A stretch of 64,000 nt of DNA from Coriobacteriia bacterium (GTDB lineage: Bacteria; Actinomycetota; Coriobacteriia; Anaerosomatales; PALSA-660): the NCBI GenBank assembly GCA_036507895.1, contig DATCIG010000013.1, positions 26,573 to 90,572 on the forward strand. Reading direction: 5' to 3'. The notes under the pieces are model-generated. The model did no database searches. It was given only the letters and a program-made list of their open reading frames with translations, and was not told the DNA's origin. A program made the position numbers and the translations under genes. Shown in pieces: positions 57,371-64,000 of this stretch (positions within the stretch are counted from its first letter, which is position 1; each line of letters opens with the position of its first letter).

Positions 57371-59491
57371 CTAGGCGCGCGTACGCAGCAGCCTGAGCCC
57401 GTTGAGCGTGACCAGCAGCGACACACCCATGTCGGCGAAGACCGCGAGCCACAGCGGCGCATAGCCGAACACGGCCATCACCAGCACGATCGCCTTCGTT
57501 ACCACCGAGAACGCGACGTTGGCGCGGATGATGGCCACGGTGCGCCGTCCGAGCGCGAAGAAGCCGGGAAGCGCGTGGAGGTTCGGCGCCATGAGCGCCA
57601 CGTCCGCGGTCTCGAGGGCGGTGTCCGATCCTGCGGCGCCCATCGCGATCCCGAGGTCGGCCAAAGCGAGCGCAGGGGCGTCGTTGACGCCATCCCCCAC
57701 CATCGCGACGACGCCGCCCGAACGCTGCAGGTCGCGGATCGCATCCATCTTCTGCTCGGGGAGCAGCCGGGCGCGGTACTCGGAGAGCCCGGCGTGTCCG
57801 GCGACCGCCGCGGCGGTCCGCTCGTTGTCACCGGTGAGCATGACGACGTGCGCGATCCCCCCGTCGCGCAGGCGGCGCACGACCGCCGACGCCTCGGGAC
57901 GAACGTCGTCGGCGACCCCGATCAGCCCGATGACCACATCCGCCTGCAGCAACACCAGGACGGTCTTTCCCGCGGACTCGAGCGCTCCGATGCGCGCGGC
58001 CACGTCCTCGGTGAGCGCGCCCGCCTCCCCGGCCAGCAACGGACTGCCGATCGAGTACGCGACACCCTCCACCTCGGCGCGTACTCCCCGACCCGCGATG
58101 TCCTCGAGGCCGATGGCCGCACGCTCCCCGGCCTCGCTGCCCTCAGCACGCAACACCGCCTCGGCGACGGGATGGTTCGACCCGGCCTCGAGCGCGGCCG
58201 CGATCCGCAGTACGCGCGAAGCGTCGCCGTCGCCGAAGGGGTCGACGTCGGTGACCTCGGGGCGGCCGCACGTCAGCGTGCCCGTCTTGTCGAACGCCAC
58301 GACCCGCACCCGCGCGGCGGTCTCCAGGTGCACACCGCCCTTGACGAGCACGCCGTCACGGCTCGCCCGCGTGATCGCCGAGACGATGGCCACCGGTGTG
58401 GATATGACGAGCGCGCACGGGCACGACACGACGAGCACCACCAGCGAGCGATACGCCCACTCGACCCACGTTCCGAGGCCGAACAGCGGTGGGAGCACGG
58501 CGACCAGCACGGCGCCGACGACCACGATCGGCGTGTAGTACCTCGTGAAGGAGTCGACGAGCCGCTGTGACGGCGCGCGCTGTGACTGTGCCTCCTCGAC
58601 GAGGTGGACGAGGCGCGCAAGTGTCGAGTCCGCCTGCACACTGGTGACCTCGACCTCGATCAGACCGTTCACGTTGAGGGAGCCGGCGAATACATGGTCA
58701 CCCGGAGCCTTGTCGACCGGCACGCTCTCACCGGTCACGGGCGCCTCATCGACAGCGGTCGCCCCGGTCCGCACCACACCATCGAGCGCGATGCGCTCGC
58801 CCGGCTTCACGATGAGCAGGTCCCCGGTCACAGCCTCCGCGATCCCGACCTTGAGCTCGATCCCGTGCCGGCGGATCCGCGCCAGCACCGGCGCGAGGCC
58901 GATCAGGTCGCGGACGGAGCGACGGGTACGCTCGAGTGCGCGGCTTTCGAGGAGCTGGCCGAACGCGAACAGGAAGATGATCGTCGCGGCCTCCGCGAAG
59001 TCGCCCAGGGCCATGGCACCGACCACCGCGAGCGACATCAGGACGTTCATGTCGAGTCTCACCACACGCAGCGAGGTCCAAGCGCGCCGAACGGTCACCG
59101 ACCCGCCCGCAACGATCGCGATGACGAATGCGACGACGGCCACACCGTGATGCCCCGTCCATTGCGTCGCGTAGCCGGCCGCCACCAGGATCCCGCTCGC
59201 GGCGAGCATGGACGCGTGCCCGTGCGACTGCCACCAGGAGGGAGTCGCCTCGCTCGCGGGCTCCCCTGCGTCCGTCTCGAGGGTGTGACCCGCGGCGCGC
59301 ACGGCGGCGGCGACCTTCTCGCGAGGGTCGCGCGTCGGGTCGTACTCCAGCGCGAGAACGCCCGACGGGAAGCTCAGGTCGGCCGAGATCACACCATCGA
59401 CATGCTGCACGGACGCCTCCACGGTCCGCGTGCAATCGGGTCAATCGAGCCCGACGACCCGCCAGCGCGCGTATGCGGATGCGCCGCTCAT
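57371..59491 (-). CDS. Heavy-metal (Cd/Zn/Co/Pb-type) P1B ATPase. The full-length reading needs decoding of an in-frame TGA (59441-59443) at the first Cys of the HMA CxxC motif
   Basis: The core (57371..59422) has CPCALVISTP, DKTGTLT, GDGVNDAPAL and eight TM segments. Upstream in the same frame: ATG at 59491 (ATGA overlap with the arsR stop), then MSGASAYARWRVVGLD-TGA-PDCTRTVEASVQHVDGV..., completing a canonical HMA fold. If the TGA is a real stop, the CDS is 57371..59422 from a GTG and lacks the metal-binding loop. Confidence 0.6.
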
Positions 59492-59877
59492 CGCGCCGGC
59501 CCCTCTTCCGCGTGGGCAAGGCCGATGGCGAGAAGGTCGCGCACGTGCTCGTCGGCGAGCCGATAGACCGCGCGCTTCCCGTCCCGCTCGAAGGCGACAA
59601 GGTGCAGGTCGCGCAGCGTACGGAGCTGATGGGACACCCCTGACTCGCTGACGTCGACTATCTCCGCAAGGTCGCACACGCACAGCGCATCTTCGGAGAG
59701 GGCGAGCAGCAGACGCATCCGTGTCGGGTCGGCCAGCGCCCGGAATATGTCGGCCACGCGCGACTGTGCGGCCACAGCCGGCAGTGCGTTCGAGACGCGG
59801 GAGACCGCGCCCGCATCGACGATGCGGGCCGCGCACTCGCCCCGGTCCTGCATGACTTCATCTGAATGGTTGCTCAT
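59488..59877 (-). CDS. ArsR/SmtB family metalloregulator
   Basis: LADPTRMRLLLALSEDALCVCDLAEIVDVSESGVSHQLRTLRDLHLV (wHTH with a CVC alpha-3 metal site). First gene of the arsR-ATPase pair. Confidence 0.9.
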   Translation of the reverse strand: MSNHSDEVMQDRGECAARIVDAGAVSRVSNALPAVAAQSRVADIFRALADPTRMRLLLALSEDALCVCDLAEIVDVSESGVSHQLRTLRDLHLVAFERDGKRAVYRLADEHVRDLLAIGLAHAEEGPAR

Positions 59878-59976
59878 ATGACAGGTTTACCCCATCACGC
59901 GCGGCGAAGCAAGCGGAGCGCTACACTCCGGGTGTGAGGCGACCTTCGGGGCGCCACGACGGAGAGAGGGTCCGTG

Positions 59977-60693
59977 ATGAGCGACCGACCGCAGGATCTC
60001 GGGACCACAGCCGTACTTCCCCCGGCGGGTCCGGACGGGCCACCGAGGACCGCCACTCAGGGCGGCATACCTCCCCGCCGCCGCAAGATCCCGATCTGGG
60101 TGTTCGTCGTCGCAGCCATCGCCGTCGCACTACTTGCGGCGTCGATCGTGTGGTTCGCCACCAGGTCGCGGTCGTCGACCCCGGCCCCGGTCCCGGTCCC
60201 GACGTCCACCGTCGCGCCTGCCGTCATCCCCACGCCCGCGGTCGAGGCGACCGGCCCGATCGTCCCCACGAGCACAGTCGTCGCCACCCCCACGCCGAAG
60301 ACGGTCCGCGAGCCGACTCTGGTCACCAAGGTGACCAAGATCTCCTCGAAGGAATACCGGATCGCCGTCGACTACGTCCAGATCCTGACGGGCAAGGCGG
60401 CCGCCGATGCCGCGACCGCCGCCGGCGAGGAGTCTCCCCCGCCCAACGACTACTTCATCGCGAACACCAGCACGAAGCTCCGGACCTTCTCGCTCCCGGC
60501 AACGGCCTCGATCACGGTCCTGGGCTGGGCCGGCGCCGATGCGACGGCGAAGAAGAAGCTCACCGTCGGGCAGTTCATGGACGTCATGCCCGGAGGGACT
60601 CACCCGCAAGACGAATGGGCGCACGGCTACTACTACGTGACCGTGAAAGCCGGGACGACCGTCACGAAGGTCGAACAGATCTTCTTCCCGTAG
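59977..60693 (+). CDS. Hypothetical membrane-anchored protein with a Pro/Thr/Val-rich linker and a C-terminal globular domain
   Basis: Single TM (IPIWVFVVAAIAVALLAASIVWF), a PT-rich spacer, then about 130 aa ending in a beta-rich stretch (YYYVTVKAGTTVTKVEQIFFP). Start at ATG 59977 or GTG 59974. Confidence 0.55.
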   Translation: MSDRPQDLGTTAVLPPAGPDGPPRTATQGGIPPRRRKIPIWVFVVAAIAVALLAASIVWFATRSRSSTPAPVPVPTSTVAPAVIPTPAVEATGPIVPTSTVVATPTPKTVREPTLVTKVTKISSKEYRIAVDYVQILTGKAAADAATAAGEESPPPNDYFIANTSTKLRTFSLPATASITVLGWAGADATAKKKLTVGQFMDVMPGGTHPQDEWAHGYYYVTVKAGTTVTKVEQIFFP

Positions 60694-60701
60694 GCCGGCG
60701 T

Positions 60702-62771
60702 CTACCGCTTCTTGCGACGACCGTACGCCGAGCCCTTGCGCGCACCGGCCTTGAGCCGGCCGAGCACCTCGTCCTCGCTGGAGCGCTCGACCTGTGCACG
60801 CAGCCGCACGATCTGGTCGCGCAGCCGGGCAGCGGACTCGAAGTCGAGGTTCTCCGACGCGCTCGTCATGTCCTCCTCGAGGGAGGCGAGCAGGCGCATC
60901 ACCTCGTCGCGCGGAAGGCCGGAGAGCTCCTTGGCGACCACGTCGGCGGCGACGGCCTCCCCTTCACCCGAGCGGGCGTAGTCGACGATGGCGTGGATCG
61001 CCTTACGGATCGTCTGAGGCTCGATGCCGTGCTCGGTGTTGTACGCGACCTGGATGGCGCGGCGGCGGTTGGTCTCGTCGATCGCGCTGCTCATCGCCTC
61101 GGTCACGTTCTCCGCGTACATGATCACCTTGCCCGACACGTTGCGTGACGCGCGGCCGATGGTCTGGATGAGTGAGCGGTAGTTGCGCAGGAAGCCGGAC
61201 TTGTCCGCATCGAGGATCGCCACGAGCGAGACCTCCGGGAGATCGAGGCCCTCACGCAGCAGGTTGATGCCGACGAGGCAGTCAAACACGCCGGCGCGCA
61301 GGTCGCGCAGGATGTCGACGCGATCGAACGTGGCAATGTCGGCATGCAGGTAGCGGACGCGGAGTCCCTGCTCGGTGAGGTAGTCGGTGAGGTCCTCGGC
61401 CATCTTCTTGGTGAGCGTGGTGACGAGCACACGCTCGTCGTTCTCGGCGTGCACGCGAACCTCGTGCACGATGTCGTCGATCTGGCCCTTGGTGGGGCGG
61501 ACCTCGATCTGCGGGTCCACGAGACCGGTCGGGCGGATGATCTGCTCCACGATGTACGGCTTGGATACACCGAGCTCATAGTCACCGGGCGTGGCGGACA
61601 CGTACACGAACTGAGGGACCCGCTGCTCGAACTCGTCGAACCTCAGCGGCCGGTTGTCGAGCGCGCTCGGCAGCCGGAACCCGTGCTCCACAAGCGTCAA
61701 CTTGCGACTGCGGTCGCCCTCGTACATGCCACGGATCTGCGGGATGGTGACGTGGCTCTCGTCGATCATGCAGAGGAAGTCCTTGGGGAAGTAGTCGATC
61801 AGGCAGTGCGGCGGCTCACCGGGCTTCCGGCCGTCGAGGTGGCGCGAGTAGTTCTCGATGCCGGAGGTGAATCCCAGCGTCTCGATCATCTCGAGATCGT
61901 AGGTGGCCCGCATCTCGAGACGCTGCGCCTCGAGCAGCTTGCCCTCGCTCTTGAACTGGGCGAGGCGCTCCTGCAACTCCGCCCGGATCCCGGTGACCGC
62001 CTCGCTGAGCCGCTCCGGAACCGTCACGTAGTGGGTCGCGGGCCAGATCGGCACGGACTCGAGCTTGGTCAGCGCCTCACCGGTCACCGGGTCGACCTCG
62101 ACGATCGACTCGATCTCATCGCCGAAGAACTCGATGCGCAGCGGATGGTCGGCGTAGGGCGGGAAGACGTCGAGCACGTCGCCCCGGACTCGGAACGCGC
62201 CGCGCACCAGGTCGAAGTCGTTGCGGTCGTACTGGATGTCGATGAGCCCGCGGATCAGGGCGTCGCGGTCCATCTCGGTCCCCACCGAGACGAACGCCGC
62301 CTGCCCCGCGTAGTCCTCGGGGCTGCCGATGCCGTAGATGCAGCTGACCGAGGCGACCACGACGACGTCGCGACGCGACAGGAGCGCGGCCGTGGCCGCG
62401 TGCCGGAGCTTCTCGACCTCCTCGTTGATCGAGGAGTCCTTCTCGATGAAGGTGTCGGTCGAGGGAACGTACGCCTCCGGCTGGTAGTAGTCGTAGTACG
62501 ACACGAAGTAGACGACGGAGTTGTTCGGCATGAGATCGGCGAACTCCGAGGCCAGCTGCGCGGCGAGGGTCTTGTTCGGCGCCATGACGAGCGTCGGCTT
62601 CTGGACCGCCTCGATCGTCTTGGCCATCGTGAAGGTCTTGCCCGACCCCGTGACGCCCAGCAGCGTCTGGTAGCGCAGGCCATCGCGCACTCCCGCTGCG
62701 AGCTTGGCGATCGCCGCGGGCTGGTCCCCCGCGGGCTCGTACGGCGAGACGACACGCAGTTCGTTGCTCAT
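60702..62771 (-). CDS. uvrB: Excinuclease ABC subunit B
   Basis: [16 protein letters not shown], helicase motifs and the C-terminal UVR domain ([12 protein letters not shown]). Confidence 0.95.
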   Translation of the reverse strand: MSNELRVVSPYEPAGDQPAAIAKLAAGVRDGLRYQTLLGVTGSGKTFTMAKTIEAVQKPTLVMAPNKTLAAQLASEFADLMPNNSVVYFVSYYDYYQPEAYVPSTDTFIEKDSSINEEVEKLRHAATAALLSRRDVVVVASVSCIYGIGSPEDYAGQAAFVSVGTEMDRDALIRGLIDIQYDRNDFDLVRGAFRVRGDVLDVFPPYADHPLRIEFFGDEIESIVEVDPVTGEALTKLESVPIWPATHYVTVPERLSEAVTGIRAELQERLAQFKSEGKLLEAQRLEMRATYDLEMIETLGFTSGIENYSRHLDGRKPGEPPHCLIDYFPKDFLCMIDESHVTIPQIRGMYEGDRSRKLTLVEHGFRLPSALDNRPLRFDEFEQRVPQFVYVSATPGDYELGVSKPYIVEQIIRPTGLVDPQIEVRPTKGQIDDIVHEVRVHAENDERVLVTTLTKKMAEDLTDYLTEQGLRVRYLHADIATFDRVDILRDLRAGVFDCLVGINLLREGLDLPEVSLVAILDADKSGFLRNYRSLIQTIGRASRNVSGKVIMYAENVTEAMSSAIDETNRRRAIQVAYNTEHGIEPQTIRKAIHAIVDYARSGEGEAVAADVVAKELSGLPRDEVMRLLASLEEDMTSASENLDFESAARLRDQIVRLRAQVERSSEDEVLGRLKAGARKGSAYGRRKKR

Positions 62772-62807
62772 CAGGGTCCTCCTCTCGCAGGCGTGGCCGC
62801 TACGATC

Positions 62808-63410
62808 CTACTTCAGGGCACTCGCGAACGCATCGGGATACAGCGAGCGGTACGCCTTCTCCTGCGCGACGACCTCGTCCACGTAGCGCGCGGTCTCAGG
62901 GAACGCGATCGACTCGGAGAACGGGCGCTTGGCGAGACGCGCCTCCTTCGCCCAGCGGTCGGCGTTGCCGAGCCCGGCGTTGTAGGCGGCGAGCGCCAGC
63001 GGCACGTCCCCGTCGTAGCGGGCGATCAACTCGGCCAGGTACGCGGTCCCGATCCGGATGTTGAGAGCGGCGGTGGAGAGGGCCTCGGTGGTCATCTCGT
63101 CCCTGATCCCCGCGGCGCGTGCCACGGCGACGGCGGTCGACGGCTTGACCTGCATGAGGCCCACCGCCCCGGCCGACGACACGACACCCTCCCGGAACCC
63201 CGATTCTGTGTTGATGACCGCTGCCACCAGATACGGATCGATGCGGTTCGCCTTCGCGTACCGGACGATCAGCGCCTCGTGTCCGAGCGGATGGTACAGC
63301 CGCTGGTACCACACGGGTCCGTAGGCGGCAGCGACCGCGACCACGGCGAGAACGGCCACGGCGAGGAGCGGCAGCAGACGGTGCCATGACAGCGGGTGCT
63401 CACGAACCAC
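62808..63410 (-). CDS. Lytic transglycosylase (SLT domain) with an N-terminal membrane anchor
   Basis: VINTESGF (catalytic Glu), GLMQV and AYNAG motifs. N-terminal TM LLPLLAVAVLAVVAVAAA. Confidence 0.85.
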   Translation of the reverse strand: MVREHPLSWHRLLPLLAVAVLAVVAVAAAYGPVWYQRLYHPLGHEALIVRYAKANRIDPYLVAAVINTESGFREGVVSSAGAVGLMQVKPSTAVAVARAAGIRDEMTTEALSTAALNIRIGTAYLAELIARYDGDVPLALAAYNAGLGNADRWAKEARLAKRPFSESIAFPETARYVDEVVAQEKAYRSLYPDAFASALK

Positions 63411-64000
63411 GATTCGCCAACTCGGAGTCCCAGAAGTAGGCCAACTCGGACTCGAACTTGGTGACTGTCCCGTCGTTCTCGACGACGTAGTCGGCGATGT
63501 CGCGGCGCTCGGCGTCCGACACCTGACAGGCCATGCGTGCGTGGACGTCCGCCTCGCTCATACCCCGGCTCACGAGACGCGCCAGACGGGAGTCCTCGTC
63601 AGCGGAGACGACCAGGACGCCGTCGACGAGGTCGAAGAACTCAGGAGCCTCGGCGAGCAGAGGTATGTCCAGCACGACGACCGCAGGGGGCTCCGGCACC
63701 TCGAGCAGCATGTCGAGAGCGCCCGCCACCGCGGCGTACACGCCGGGATGGACGATCGCGTCGAGCTTGCGGGCGGACTCGGGCGACTCGAAGGCGATCT
63801 TGGCGAGCGCGCGGTGGTCGACGCCACCGTCGGCTCCGAGGATCCCGGGGCCGAACGCGGCGGTCACTTCGCCCACCAGCGGACCATCCACGCCCGTCAG
63901 GCGCTTAGCCAGGTCGTCGAGATCGATGACCGTCGCGCCGAGATCACCCAGCAGGCGCGCTGCGGTCGTCTTGCCCGACCCGATGCCGCCGGTCACTGCG
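63400..64000 (-). CDS. coaE: Dephospho-CoA kinase; N-terminus runs off the window end
   Basis: P-loop TGGIGSGKTT at the extreme window end, with the frame still open upstream. DIPLL. Overlaps the SLT gene start. Confidence 0.85.
   Translation of the reverse strand, partial: AVTGGIGSGKTTAARLLGDLGATVIDLDDLAKRLTGVDGPLVGEVTAAFGPGILGADGGVDHRALAKIAFESPESARKLDAIVHPGVYAAVAGALDMLLEVPEPPAVVVLDIPLLAEAPEFFDLVDGVLVVSADEDSRLARLVSRGMSEADVHARMACQVSDAERRDIADYVVENDGTVTKFESELAYFWDSELANRGS

Noticed and set aside
59858-59881. Imperfect inverted repeat TCATCTGA-n8-TCATATGA overlapping the arsR start codon, considered as an ArsR/SmtB operator
   Set aside because: The half-sites are short and individually self-complementary, and the centre is not symmetric. 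The element lies on the start codon rather than over a promoter. I cannot match it reliably to a known 12-2-12 operator from memory.

Overview
Visibly GC-rich bacterial chromosome segment. The conserved block uvrC-rapZ-yvcK-whiA-gap-pgk-tpiA-secG, the amt-glnK-glnD operon and coaE-uvrB adjacency point to Actinomycetota. The B12-dependent ornithine fermentation genes and a tungsten/molybdenum AOR-family enzyme suggest an anaerobe; this is inference only. Almost everything is on the minus strand and tightly packed, with many ATGA/GTGA start-stop overlaps. Contents in order: (1) a Wsp-like chemosensory operon (two CheW, CheR-TPR, MCP, CheA-REC hybrid, CheB, flanking receiver proteins). (2) The oxidative L-ornithine degradation cluster (ord-ortA-ortB-oraS-oraE ... 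GlmL/MutL-like-orr), split by about 5.9 kb carrying a degenerate Fic/wHTH gene and a cytochrome b / Tat-signal 4Fe-4S / AOR-family module. (3) A small accessory patch of PadR, membrane proteins, lipid kinase, dual-specificity phosphatase, a DUF2769-like Cys-rich protein, an Ala-rich repeat protein and a Rieske remnant next to tRNA-Leu(GAG). (4) A peptide ABC importer. (5) The glycolytic/whiA/uvrC core, a RelE/ParE-RHH pair, and uvrA with a LexA box. (6) amt-glnK-glnD, a PduO-type adenosyltransferase coupled to a LarE-like gene, and an ABC1 kinase. (7) An arsR-regulated P1B-type metal ATPase, then uvrB, a lytic transglycosylase and coaE. The most unusual observation is an in-frame TGA exactly at the first Cys of the ATPase CxxC metal-binding motif. 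A SECIS-like hairpin follows it, making this a candidate selenocysteine (UxxC) metal pump, or else a nonsense lesion. No CRISPR array, IS element, integrase or rRNA was seen. Start codons were refined by hand from SD spacing and overlaps. The ORF track uses GTG/TTG starts written as M.
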